DNA of 64,000 bases from Nitrospinaceae bacterium (GCA_021604505.1 BQJC01000004.1:88117-152116), one strand, 5' to 3'. Numbered from the stretch's first letter, positions 18,688 to 28,280 are shown. Notes: generated from the sequence alone by a model not told the origin. Program-made: numbers and translations.

Positions 18688-21600
18688 AGTGGATTGAAGG
18701 TTCATTAAAGTACGGAGTCACCGTGGCCGTGGGGGTCACCCTGATCATCCTGTTTGGCACCCTCTCCCTGTTCCGCATTCCCGTCCAGCTGGTTCCGGAT
18801 ATCAGCCAGCCCGAACTAACCGTCACCACCGAATGGCCGGGCGCCAGCCCGGAAGAAGTCGAACGGGACATCATCGATGAGCAGGAAAAACACTTAAAAT
18901 CGCTTGTGGGTCTGGTGGAGATGAAAAGCCTGTCTCAGACCGGCCGGGCGGACGTGTATCTCACGTTTCAAACGGGAGCGGATTTACAGGAAATTCTGGT
19001 TCGCACATCCAACGCCCTGCAACAGGTCACCTCATACCCGGAAGACGTGGATCAACCCAGAATCAAGACGGTGAACGTATCGGACCGCCCCATTGCCTGG
19101 TTCGTTCTGCAACCCCTGCCCGGAATGGAAAACGAAGTCAACGTTTACCATTACCGGGACTTCGCGGAGGATAAAATCCAATCCCGCTTCGAACGGGTGC
19201 CCGGCGTTTCAGACAGTGAAGTTCGCGGCGGCAGTCCCCTGGAGGTGCATGTCACATTCAATCCCGACGCACTGGCCGAACGGGGCTTGAGCGTTTTTGC
19301 CTTGCGGGAAGCCCTGCGCCAGCAAAACCACAATATCAGCGGCGGAGATTTTGATGAGGGCAAGCGCCGGTACATCATCCGCACCCAGGGAGAGTTCCGG
19401 TCCGTCGAAGACATCAAAAACACCATCCTCGCCCAGGTCAACGGACGCGCCATCTATACCAAAGATGTTGCCGAGGTGACGGTTGATTACGACGAGTTGA
19501 GAGACTACGTCCGTCATAACGGATTGGCGGGAATCGCCGTCAATGCCCGGAGGCAGCTGGGTTCAAATATCCTCACGGTCATGAAGGACCTGAAAAAGGT
19601 CCAGGCTGAAATGAACGAAAATTTGTTGCACCCCCTGGGCCTGCATCTGGTCCAGACCGCCGACAAAACCGAATACATCACGCGCTCCATCGACATGGTG
19701 CAACTCAATCTTGTGGTGGGGGGAATTTTCGCCACCCTCATTCTTCTGCTTTTTTTAAGAAGCTTATACAGCACGATGGTCATCGCCATCGCCATTCCCA
19801 TCAGCGTGATCGGGTCGTTTCTGGTGATCACCCTGATGGGCCGGACCATCAATGTCATCATGCTTGCGGGGATGGCATTCGCCGTAGGAATGGTGGTCGA
19901 TGCGTCGATCATTGTCCTGGAAAATATATACCGACACAAACAAATGGGAAAACCCACCCGCCAAGCGGCATTGGATGGCGCCAGCGAAGTCTGGGGCGCC
20001 ATTTTGGCGACCACTCTCACCACCCTGGCGGTGTTTGTTCCCATTCTTTTTATTGAAGAGGAAGTCGGGCAATTATTCCGCGACATTGCCGTGGCCATCA
20101 GCGCCGCGGTGACCCTTTCCATGATCGTGAGTATCCTGGTCATCCCCCCCTTGAGCAATAAACTTCTGCAATACGAATCCGAACACCCTAAGAGTGCAGC
20201 GTCCTATTTAAAAAAACTGTTTCAAAACCTTTTTGGAGTGTATGCGGTTGCGGCTAAATTGAGAAAAGTCATTCTTTCTTCGTTAAAAACCATTTTTCGT
20301 TCACGAAAAGCGCAATGGACCGTGGTCGCCTCGTTGACCCTCCTGCCCGTTATAGCGGCATGGGTCATGGTTCCCAAAGCGGAATACCTGCCCGAAGGAG
20401 AACAGAACGTCATCATCGGGATGATGATCCCCCCGCAGGGCTATAACATCCAGGAAGCCCACAGGCTGGGAAACGAACTGGAAAAAATTTACCGGCCTTA
20501 TTGGGAGGCGATGCCGGGAAGCGCGGAAGAAAAAAAATTAAAAGGACCCGCGGTACGGAATTTTCTGTTTATCGGCAGCCGGGGCCGGTTGTTCACTGTC
20601 GTCAAGGCCAAGGACCCTAAAAGATCAAAAGATCTCATTCCCGTTCTCAAGGAAGAACTGGAAAAGGCGCCCGGAATGATCGTGGTCACCCGCCAGCTTT
20701 CGTTACTCACCGGGGCATTCCGCGGTTCCCGGGGGATCGAGATCAATATCATGGGGCCCGATTTGGCGAAACTGACGTTGATCACGCAGAACGCGTTTTT
20801 CAAGCTCAAAACCTTGATGCCCGGCGCGCAGATCCGCCCCGTTCCAGGGATGGAACTCGGTCAGCCGCAAATTCAGATCATCCCCAAGTGGCGGGAAGTG
20901 GCGGAAATGGACGTGAATGTTTCTGAACTTGGCTATTCCGTTTCGGCCCTGGCGGACGGGGTGTTTGCCGATGAAGTCTACCTCGACCCCGAGAACCTTC
21001 AGGTCCCCTATGTACCGAGGGATGGAATCGACCTGATCCTGAAAAGCCGGGCGCAGGATGTGCAAAAAACTCAGGACATCGGCAAAATGGTGGTTTACAC
21101 CCGAAGAGGAAAAACCGTGCCGTTGACCAGTGTGGCCCTGCTCAAGGAAACGGTCAGCTCCGAACAGATCCAGCATTTTGAAAGGCAGCGGTCGATCACG
21201 CTTGAGGTGGTGCCGCCTGCGGCAATGCCGCTGGAAGAAGGCATCGACATTGTTCGCCAGGAAATCATTCAGCCTCTCATCGACGACGGCGCCTTGACCG
21301 GGGGCTATTCCATCAGCCTGACCGGAAACGCCGATAAACTGGAGAATACCCGAAAGGCGATCTCGGGGAATTTTATCCTGGCGATCATCATCACCTATCT
21401 TTTGCTCACCGTACTTTTTCAACACTGGGGATACCCTTTGATCATCATGCTGAGCGTTCCCCTGGCGGCGGTGGGAGGCGTGTTCGGTCTGTGGTTCCTG
21501 AATCTCTTCGTCCTTCAGCCGCTGGATGTACTGACGATGCTGGGGTTCATCATTCTAATCGGGGTGGTGGTCAATAATGCGATTTTGATCATCCACCAGA

Positions 21601-21872
21601 GTTTAAGGAATATGCGCGAAGAAAATATGGAACCCCAGCAGGCGATTCTGGAGAGCGTCAACACGCGTATCCGTCCGATTTTCATGAGCACCCTGACCAG
21701 TATTTTCGGCCTGATGCCGCTGGTGGCCCTGCCGGGCGCCGGCAGTGAAATTTACCGGGGCATCGGCATCGTGATACTATCCGGGTTATTCTTAAGCACC
21801 CTGTTCACTCTTTTTCTCATTCCTTGTCTAATGAACCTCAGCACCAGTAAAAATTTTCCGAAATATGGATAA
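18684..21872 (+). CDS. RND efflux transporter permease (AcrB/CzcA superfamily)
   Basis: 1,062 aa. Two large periplasmic loops and two 6-TM bundles. Motifs such as VMLAGMAFAVGMVVDASIIVLEN. Confidence 0.9.
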   Translation: MKWIEGSLKYGVTVAVGVTLIILFGTLSLFRIPVQLVPDISQPELTVTTEWPGASPEEVERDIIDEQEKHLKSLVGLVEMKSLSQTGRADVYLTFQTGADLQEILVRTSNALQQVTSYPEDVDQPRIKTVNVSDRPIAWFVLQPLPGMENEVNVYHYRDFAEDKIQSRFERVPGVSDSEVRGGSPLEVHVTFNPDALAERGLSVFALREALRQQNHNISGGDFDEGKRRYIIRTQGEFRSVEDIKNTILAQVNGRAIYTKDVAEVTVDYDELRDYVRHNGLAGIAVNARRQLGSNILTVMKDLKKVQAEMNENLLHPLGLHLVQTADKTEYITRSIDMVQLNLVVGGIFATLILLLFLRSLYSTMVIAIAIPISVIGSFLVITLMGRTINVIMLAGMAFAVGMVVDASIIVLENIYRHKQMGKPTRQAALDGASEVWGAILATTLTTLAVFVPILFIEEEVGQLFRDIAVAISAAVTLSMIVSILVIPPLSNKLLQYESEHPKSAASYLKKLFQNLFGVYAVAAKLRKVILSSLKTIFRSRKAQWTVVASLTLLPVIAAWVMVPKAEYLPEGEQNVIIGMMIPPQGYNIQEAHRLGNELEKIYRPYWEAMPGSAEEKKLKGPAVRNFLFIGSRGRLFTVVKAKDPKRSKDLIPVLKEELEKAPGMIVVTRQLSLLTGAFRGSRGIEINIMGPDLAKLTLITQNAFFKLKTLMPGAQIRPVPGMELGQPQIQIIPKWREVAEMDVNVSELGYSVSALADGVFADEVYLDPENLQVPYVPRDGIDLILKSRAQDVQKTQDIGKMVVYTRRGKTVPLTSVALLKETVSSEQIQHFERQRSITLEVVPPAAMPLEEGIDIVRQEIIQPLIDDGALTGGYSISLTGNADKLENTRKAISGNFILAIIITYLLLTVLFQHWGYPLIIMLSVPLAAVGGVFGLWFLNLFVLQPLDVLTMLGFIILIGVVVNNAILIIHQSLRNMREENMEPQQAILESVNTRIRPIFMSTLTSIFGLMPLVALPGAGSEIYRGIGIVILSGLFLSTLFTLFLIPCLMNLSTSKNFPKYG

Positions 21873-22557
21873 ACCGGCCCTGCTCAATTACTGGCAAAAA
21901 TTTTTTTCCGACCTCTTTCTGGGCACGTTTAAAAAATTGTTTCTCTTCAGCCTGACGGGGTTTGTTTCCGGTGTGCTGGTTTTGTTCGTCTTCAAATCCA
22001 CCATGATCGCGGAACTGGATTGGCAGGCGTGGCTCAAGACCCTGGTGCTTGTCCTGGTATTTTTCTGGTTCGGGGGGTTTGGAGTTTTTCACGGACTGAT
22101 CTCGTCCGTCATCCATGTGGTCGGAAAAAAGTTCAAGGAGGCGGTGCTCGGGTTGCATGACCTCCTGGACCTTTTCACCCGGGAAGTCATGACCAGAATT
22201 CCCAGGTTCAACAAAAGCACTCCCAGGGAGGAAATCGAAAAACAATTTGAAAATATCGGCAGGGATTTTCAGAACAAACTGCGCTTGAAAGGGATCACCG
22301 GCTGGATCTCAAGCCTGTTTTTTTGGGTCCTGGTCAAGGCATTGAAGATTTTATTTCTGGACAGCGTGGCGGAAGAATTGCTCAAAAACCCTTCCGACCA
22401 AATAGAGTCCAGCGACATCGAACACGCCGTCCGGCGGGTGGGCGTGGAAATTATCTTAGAGCCGATCACCGACAGTTTATTATTATTTCAAATCCTCAAC
22501 GGGGTTTTGGTCATCTTAATCTTCGCGATCCCCTTCGGGATATTTTTCTTGCTTTAA
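21865..22557 (+). CDS. Hypothetical integral membrane protein
   Basis: 230 aa with several hydrophobic helices. Its start overlaps the RND gene end by 8 nt, which implies co-transcription. Confidence 0.5.
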   Translation: MDKPALLNYWQKFFSDLFLGTFKKLFLFSLTGFVSGVLVLFVFKSTMIAELDWQAWLKTLVLVLVFFWFGGFGVFHGLISSVIHVVGKKFKEAVLGLHDLLDLFTREVMTRIPRFNKSTPREEIEKQFENIGRDFQNKLRLKGITGWISSLFFWVLVKALKILFLDSVAEELLKNPSDQIESSDIEHAVRRVGVEIILEPITDSLLLFQILNGVLVILIFAIPFGIFFLL

Positions 22558-22583
22558 AATTCCAGAAACCATAAAGTGTAAAA

Positions 22584-22889
22584 ATGGTTGATTCGGGCAA
22601 AAAACTAAAATCCTTTATTCCCAGGCTGGGCGTCCTTCTGGCGTTGCTCAGCTTCGGATTCATGATTGGCCTGGCCCCGGTGCTGCACGCTCATGAACTG
22701 GATTTTGATGCGGCACATGACGATTGCGCCCCCTGCCACTGGAGCCAATCCCATCAATCCGTTGAAACCACTGCAAACACGATATCCAAAACCTCACTGG
22801 TGTATACCCAGCCATTTTCCCCTGCCGAGTTCATCGGCCAGCAGTTTACCAGCAACGTCCTCAACCGCGGTCCCCCTCTTCTTTCGTAG
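22584..22889 (+). CDS. Membrane-anchored Cys/His-rich mini-protein, paralog 1 (101 aa)
   Basis: TM anchor LGVLLALLSFGFMIGLAPVL, then HAHELDFDAAHDDCAPCHW (contains CXXCH). Conserved C-terminus PAEFIGQQFTSNVLNRGPPLLS. Confidence 0.7.
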   Translation: MVDSGKKLKSFIPRLGVLLALLSFGFMIGLAPVLHAHELDFDAAHDDCAPCHWSQSHQSVETTANTISKTSLVYTQPFSPAEFIGQQFTSNVLNRGPPLLS

Positions 22890-22982
22890 CACCCCACTCG
22901 TAAAACAAACAATATTTTTTTAAGATCCTTGAAATGCTTCCTGCGTAAAGGAACGTTTCCCCGTGGTCTTCTGTGCAAAAAA

Positions 22983-23288
22983 ATGGTCCTTCTGGATAAA
23001 AAACTAAAATCCTTTCTTCCAAGGCTGGGTGTTCTTCTGGTTTTGCTCAGCTTCGGGTTCATGACCGGCCTGGCTCCGGTGTTGCACGCTCATGAATTTG
23101 ATTTCGATGTAGCTCATGACAATTGCGCTCCCTGTCACTGGGTTCAATCCAATCAATCCGTCGAAACCTCCGTCAACACATTGGCAGCAGCCCCCCTGCT
23201 ACAATTTTCGATCTTTTTTCCTGCCGAGTTCATCGGCCAGCCGTTCACTGGCAACGTCCTCAACCGCGGCCCTCCCCTGCTTTCGTAA
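22983..23288 (+). CDS. Membrane-anchored Cys/His-rich mini-protein, paralog 2 (101 aa)
   Basis: About 75% identical to paralog 1 and the same length. HAHEFDFDVAHDNCAPCHW and ...NVLNRGPPLLS. ATG at 22983 chosen by alignment with paralog 1. Confidence 0.7.
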   Translation: MVLLDKKLKSFLPRLGVLLVLLSFGFMTGLAPVLHAHEFDFDVAHDNCAPCHWVQSNQSVETSVNTLAAAPLLQFSIFFPAEFIGQPFTGNVLNRGPPLLS

Positions 23289-23374
23289 CCTCTCGCTAAT
23301 CATCCAACTATAAATTTGGGATCACTCCTGCGCAAAGACGCGTTCGCCCGTGGTCCTCTTAATGGAGAGTGTTT

Positions 23375-24553
23375 ATGAAATCCTTGAACCTGTTCTCTTT
23401 GGTGTTGCTCTGCGTCCTGATGGGCTCAAATGCCAGCGCCGAAGATAAAAAATATTTTAAAAACCGTATCGAGCAACTCGAAAACCGCGTGAAGCAACTG
23501 GAATCTGAAAAGTCCCAAAAAGCTTCCCCATCCGGTAGTGAACGCGCTTCCGGGTCGACCACAGCTACAGGAATTTCCCGCTATTTCAATCCCGCCATCA
23601 GCGTCAACGGCCTGCTTCTTGGAACCTATACCAACCGGGGAAGAAATGACGCCTCGCGGGAAGTAAAAACCGGAATGAAGATTCAGGAAGTGGAAATGCG
23701 CTTCACCGCAAACATCGACTCCTACCTCACAGGAGATCTGACGATCGCCTTTGAAGGCGATGAAGTGGAAATTGAAGAGATCATCGCTTCCCTGCTTGTG
23801 ACCAACAATCTGGCTTTCCGGGCCGGAAAGTTTTTCACGCCCTTTGGAAAGCACAACCTTCTGCACACCCATAACTTCCCATTCATTGACGCGCCTTTAA
23901 TCAATGAGGAAATTCTCGGTGAGGAAGGCATCAATGAAGTTGGAGTGGGTGCGTCGGTTCTATTGCCAACCCCCTGGTTCTCGGAGGTCAACCTGCAAAT
24001 CCTGGAAGGTGACAACGCGCTGTTCAGCGGTCCGTTGAATGATGATTTTCTTTATCTCGCCCATTGGAAAAATCTCATCGACCTCACACGCGAGTTGACC
24101 GCCGAACTTGGAGGCTCCTTCGCCTATGGCCGCAACGACCTCATAACCGGCCCCTATAACCACACCACCCTGGCGGGAGCCGACATGACGTTCAAATGGA
24201 AACCGGCAGGCCGGGAAAAATACCGCACGCTGATATGGCAGACCGAGTTCATGAACTCATCTAAAAACATAGATAAAAAGGGCATTTACACGCTCGTGCA
24301 ACACCAGTTCGCCCGCCGCTGGTGGGTCCAGGGGCGCTACGATTTTTTGACCCTTCCCCGCGACGCCGTCGGCGGCGGCGAGGTGAAACAGGACAAACAC
24401 CGTTACGCCGGTCTTCTGGCGTTTGTGCTCAGCGAATTTTCCGCACTCAGACTGCAATACAGTTTTCTGGATTCGTCCATCGCTGAAAACGAGCATCAGG
24501 TGCTTTTGCAACTCAACTTCACATTCGGGTCGCATCCGGCGCACTCTTATTGA
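23375..24553 (+). CDS. Putative outer-membrane beta-barrel (porin-like) protein
   Basis: Signal peptide ending SNASA. N-terminal coiled coil (NRIEQLENRVKQLESE). Alternating beta-strand pattern through to the C-terminal LLQLNFTFG. GGAGAG RBS 5 nt before the ATG at 23375. Confidence 0.6.
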   Translation: MKSLNLFSLVLLCVLMGSNASAEDKKYFKNRIEQLENRVKQLESEKSQKASPSGSERASGSTTATGISRYFNPAISVNGLLLGTYTNRGRNDASREVKTGMKIQEVEMRFTANIDSYLTGDLTIAFEGDEVEIEEIIASLLVTNNLAFRAGKFFTPFGKHNLLHTHNFPFIDAPLINEEILGEEGINEVGVGASVLLPTPWFSEVNLQILEGDNALFSGPLNDDFLYLAHWKNLIDLTRELTAELGGSFAYGRNDLITGPYNHTTLAGADMTFKWKPAGREKYRTLIWQTEFMNSSKNIDKKGIYTLVQHQFARRWWVQGRYDFLTLPRDAVGGGEVKQDKHRYAGLLAFVLSEFSALRLQYSFLDSSIAENEHQVLLQLNFTFGSHPAHSY

Positions 24554-24580
24554 TCGAACAAAATTCAACCAGGTGAAACC

Positions 24581-25534
24581 ATGAGACCTTTCAATTTAAT
24601 AAAAATTGTTTTCGTTTTTTTCTTAATCGGTTTATCCCATCCGGCAATGGCGATGGCCAAAATCAATGTCGTGACCACCACCGAAGACATTGCATCCATT
24701 GTCAGAGAAGTCGGGGGAAACCGGGTTGCCGTGCAAAGCATCGCCAGAGGCTATCAGGACCCGCACGTCGTTGAAGCCAAGCCCAGCTACATGCTGAAAA
24801 TCAACCGCGCCGATTTACTGGCGTATCAGGGTCTGGAACTGGAGGTGGGCTGGCTTCCCTTATTGATCCAAGGTGGCAGGAATAAAAAAGTCATGCCGGG
24901 ACAATTGGGCCATCTGGACGTATCCCACGCCATCACGCCCCTGGAAGTTCCCGCAGGGCAACTGGACCGCTCGATGGGCGATGTGCATCCGCTCGGAAAC
25001 CCGCACTACACCTTGAATCCCGAGAATGGTCTGTTGATCGCCGCTGTCATCGCGGAGCGGTTGAGTCAGCTCGACCCATCCGGCTCACAAAGCTATCAGG
25101 CCAATTTAGAAAAGTTCCGTCAGCGTCTGAAAGCGAAAGTTGTTGAATGGAAATCCCGGTTGGAAAAATTCAAGGGTTCCAAGGTGGTCACGTACCACAC
25201 GACCTGGAGTTACCTTCTGGATTTTTTTAAAATCGAATCGGTTGGCGCCATTGAAAACCGCCCCGGAATTCCCCCCAGTGGACGACACCTCGCCGAACTG
25301 GCAACCTTGATGAATCAAACCGGCACCAAAGTCATTCTGCAGGCCAACTATTTCGATGACGAATTTTCACAATTGCTGGCCAGCAAGACCGAGGCAACGG
25401 TGCTGGCTCTTCCAGTGGCGGTAGGAGGCACGGAAGAAGCGCAGGACACCTTCACTTTATTTGAGATTTTGGTCGATAAACTGGAAAAGGCTTTTGCGAA
25501 ACATCAATCCCTCATTAAAAAGGAAAATCATTAA
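24581..25534 (+). CDS. Metal ABC transporter substrate-binding protein (ZnuA/TroA family)
   Basis: Signal peptide. DPHVVEAKPS, HPLGNPHYTLNP and YHTTWSYL are typical cluster A-I metal-binding-protein motifs. Confidence 0.8.
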   Translation: MRPFNLIKIVFVFFLIGLSHPAMAMAKINVVTTTEDIASIVREVGGNRVAVQSIARGYQDPHVVEAKPSYMLKINRADLLAYQGLELEVGWLPLLIQGGRNKKVMPGQLGHLDVSHAITPLEVPAGQLDRSMGDVHPLGNPHYTLNPENGLLIAAVIAERLSQLDPSGSQSYQANLEKFRQRLKAKVVEWKSRLEKFKGSKVVTYHTTWSYLLDFFKIESVGAIENRPGIPPSGRHLAELATLMNQTGTKVILQANYFDDEFSQLLASKTEATVLALPVAVGGTEEAQDTFTLFEILVDKLEKAFAKHQSLIKKENH

Positions 25535-25540
25535 ATCGAT

Positions 25541-26362
25541 ATGAGTGAATTTCTGACATTCATGGGTCCATCGGCAGCTGCCTGCTTCCTGCTCGCCGTC
25601 ATTTACACCTATTTTGGCTGTCACGTTTTAAAGCGCGAGATCATTTTCATCGATCTATCGCTTGCCCAGTTGGCCGCGCTGGGGACAACCACCGCCTTCG
25701 CACTTGACCTCGAACTGGATGCTTCCGGTTCTTTCGCCCTGTCACTTTTGTTTGTGGTTGCGGGGTCGGTGTTTTTTTCAACCACGCGCAATCTCGGGAA
25801 AAGCATTCCCCAGGAAGCCGTCATCGGAATCGTTTACGTCGTCAGCGCCTCGGTGGCCCTGCTTCTCGCAAGCGGGATGCCGCACGGAGCGGAGCATTTG
25901 AAAACGCTTTTAAACGGCTCCATCCTGTGGATCACCTGGGGGGGAGTCCTGCAAATTTTCGGTGTGACCCTGGGAGTCGGCGGATTGCACTGGGCAATGA
26001 GAGCCCAGTTTTTTAAACTCTCGGAAACTTACAAAAACGCCGATGCCGCAAATTCACTGAGTAAAACCTGGGATTTTTTGTTTTACGTCACCTTAGGGTT
26101 GGTGATCGTCTTCTCGGTCAGAACGGCGGGTGTTTTTTTGATTTTCACATTTCTTATTATCCCCGCGGTCTGCGGGGCGCTGTTTTCCCCATCGATGGTC
26201 CGGCAATTCATCACAGGTTCCATCCTTGGCATTGTCGTCAGTCTGGCGGGTTTGCTCCTTTCGTTTTTTCTCGATTTACCTACAGGCGCCACGCTCGTCT
26301 GTTCCTTCGGCACGGTCTTTTTTGCGTCTCTTGTGCTGAGGCGGTTTCGGCCGTCTATCTAG
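25541..26362 (+). CDS. Metal ABC transporter permease (ZnuB/TroC family)
   Basis: 273 aa with about 8 hydrophobic helices. Immediately follows the binding-protein gene. Confidence 0.75.
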   Translation: MSEFLTFMGPSAAACFLLAVIYTYFGCHVLKREIIFIDLSLAQLAALGTTTAFALDLELDASGSFALSLLFVVAGSVFFSTTRNLGKSIPQEAVIGIVYVVSASVALLLASGMPHGAEHLKTLLNGSILWITWGGVLQIFGVTLGVGGLHWAMRAQFFKLSETYKNADAANSLSKTWDFLFYVTLGLVIVFSVRTAGVFLIFTFLIIPAVCGALFSPSMVRQFITGSILGIVVSLAGLLLSFFLDLPTGATLVCSFGTVFFASLVLRRFRPSI

Positions 26363-26483
26363 CATCCCGTGAAACTCGCTCAATCTGTAAGGAACGGATA
26401 TCCTCGCCGACCAAACAAAAAATTCCAGTCATCCATTGGCCTGGGTTTTAATGTTCAATTTTTTCGATCGAAGGGAAAGCCAA

Positions 26484-26645
26484 ATGAAACAACTCATGAG
26501 TCTGGGAATTCTTATTGTCTTTCTGACACCCTTGGCATTGGGAGTTTCGGGTTGCGCAGGCCCCAAGCACCAGGGCGGGTCCACCTACGAAAAATCAAAA
26601 TCCGATTACGAAAAGAAAAGGCGGGAAGGTTCAGGCGGGTATTAA
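26484..26645 (+). CDS. Small lipoprotein (53 aa)
   Basis: MKQLMSLGILIVFLTPLALGVSGC lipobox followed by a charged tail. A purine-rich (GAAGGGAAAG) stretch lies upstream. Confidence 0.5.
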   Translation: MKQLMSLGILIVFLTPLALGVSGCAGPKHQGGSTYEKSKSDYEKKRREGSGGY

Positions 26646-26775
26646 TGGAAATAAGGAGTATTTCCGAATGGACCTTATTTTCGACTCATAAACGATTTGT
26701 TCGCGTTAGGATCGAATTTTAGGGTATATTACGGCCTTGGTTGAATTTCAGTAATTTTTTCTTACAATTATTCGC

Positions 26776-27642
26776 ATGTCTCGAGCCCAGACCGGGATTT
26801 CTCCCCTCCTTCCAAAACACACCTTGATTGTCTCTTTCCAGGTCCGGGATATCCCCTTGACCGCAATGAGCGTCGGGCACGTTGCGGCCAATGTTCCAGG
26901 GCTCGCCAATGAATTTAGAAAGTCGGCCACGGGTTCGGATCTGGTCTATACCATCGGGTTCGGCTGGCAGGTGTGGAATTTCATCTGGCAGGGCGCCATG
27001 CCCCCTGGGTTTTCCCATCTTGAGGTCGAAGAAAACGAGGATGAGATCGAAGAAGATGATGAGGACGATGACGAGCCCGGTCCGCACCTCCTGTTTAGTT
27101 TTTCCGCCTCGGAACCGGAGGTTCTCCGCGAACTGGCCGAGCAAAGCAGGACCCACCTGAAAAATATCGCCGACGTTCATGAAATGGTCCTGGCAACTCC
27201 GGTTGCAGACCCGGAGCATCCTTCTCCTAAAAGCCGGGAAACAGCTGTAGAAGCTTTGATTGGCCAGCAGAACGCGGAATACGCGCAAAGCAGTTATTTA
27301 TTGGCCCTAAATATGACATCGGAAAAAGCAACCGCGGACAACAGCTTATCCAGGGATGTTACAACCCTCACCGAAAACCAATCCGGCCTCATCTCTCATC
27401 TATATGGCTGTAAAACAGAAACCGAATCCAAACATTACCTAATGGCATTTTGTAATCACGTCCGGCCCTTTCAGGGGATTCTCGATCGAATCGCCGTGCC
27501 CTCCGATTCCCTCAAGGCTCCCTGGAGCGATATTGCGGTATGCCCTTCCCTGTTTTTCCTGCCTTCGCTTGAAATACTGGGAGCCTTGCGAATGGGAACG
27601 CTGAGAATGGGACCCCTCTCGCCCACCGCCCGCTGGAAATAA
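26776..27642 (+). CDS. Hypothetical protein with an acidic low-complexity insertion
   Basis: 288-aa ORF. EVEENEDEIEEDDEDDDEPG insertion. The N-terminus (QTGISPLLPKHTLIVSFQV) faintly recalls DyP-type peroxidase N-termini, but the distal GXXDG-type motif is not seen. Confidence 0.45.
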   Translation: MSRAQTGISPLLPKHTLIVSFQVRDIPLTAMSVGHVAANVPGLANEFRKSATGSDLVYTIGFGWQVWNFIWQGAMPPGFSHLEVEENEDEIEEDDEDDDEPGPHLLFSFSASEPEVLRELAEQSRTHLKNIADVHEMVLATPVADPEHPSPKSRETAVEALIGQQNAEYAQSSYLLALNMTSEKATADNSLSRDVTTLTENQSGLISHLYGCKTETESKHYLMAFCNHVRPFQGILDRIAVPSDSLKAPWSDIAVCPSLFFLPSLEILGALRMGTLRMGPLSPTARWK

Positions 27643-27794
27643 GAGAACCCGAATGGGCCTTTTCGGCCTTTATCCGGCACCGTGGAAACTTTAGGTGACT
27701 CGGGAAGGCTATTAATGTTAGGATTTCACCTTTACTAAATCTAAAAATATTATCAATCAATTGAATCTTTGATTCAAATTAAGGAAGGATAGCA

Positions 27795-28280
27795 ATGGTT
27801 AAGAAGGATAGCGTGGTCAGCATGAGTTACAACTTGAAAAATGCCGCAGGTGAAGAACTGGGCAGTGCCGATAGCGCCAAGCCCCTCACCTACCTTCAAG
27901 GGTCGGGACAGATCGTTCCCGGTCTGGAAAATGCCCTCGAAGGGTTGGTTATCGGTGATAAAAAGGATGTCACTCTCACCGCCCAGGAAGGCTATGGAGA
28001 GTTGAATCCTGAATTAAAAATGAAGGTGGAACGCAAAATGTTCCCCCCCGATGCGGAAATCAAGGCCGGGATGCAGTTTCGCGCCAACATCGGCGGCGAT
28101 CGCGAGCACACGTTCACCGTCATGGATGTTCAAAACGACGATGTTTTTGTCGACGGCAATCATCCCCTGGCGGGACAAACACTGCATTTTTCAGTTGAGA
28201 TCGTCGGCATTCGGGAAGCTACCCAGGAAGAACTGACGCATGGCCACGCCCATGGACCGGACGGAACCCATTCCCATTGA
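27795..28280 (+). CDS. slyD: FKBP-type peptidyl-prolyl isomerase SlyD
   Basis: FKBP core with an inserted IF domain, GNHPLAGQTLHF, and a His-rich tail HGHAHGPDGTHSH. Confidence 0.85.
   Translation: MVKKDSVVSMSYNLKNAAGEELGSADSAKPLTYLQGSGQIVPGLENALEGLVIGDKKDVTLTAQEGYGELNPELKMKVERKMFPPDAEIKAGMQFRANIGGDREHTFTVMDVQNDDVFVDGNHPLAGQTLHFSVEIVGIREATQEELTHGHAHGPDGTHSH

Larger units (their letters stand above)
22584..23374 (+). repeat. Tandem duplication (about 399-bp period) of a mini-protein gene plus its downstream spacer
   Basis: Gene starts lie 399 bp apart. The spacers share a 34-nt conserved block, 22939-22972 versus 23326-23359 (27/34 identical). Confidence 0.8.

Noticed and set aside
22939-22972. 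The 34-nt conserved block as a Zur/Fur-type operator.
   Set aside because: It is GC-rich and not the AT-rich palindrome expected for Fur-family boxes, and it has only short imperfect internal palindromes. It is kept as an unexplained conserved element inside the mini-protein finding rather than called an operator.
26647-26665. GGAAATA-aggag-TATTTCC hairpin after the small lipoprotein gene, as a possible terminator.
   Set aside because: The stem is only 7 bp and AT-rich, with no immediately following T-tract, so it is not convincing.
26719-27288. 189-aa minus-strand ORF.
   Set aside because: It overlaps the 288-aa plus-strand ORF antisense. Its translation is Arg/Phe/Cys-rich with no motif, and the plus-strand frame is longer and more protein-like.
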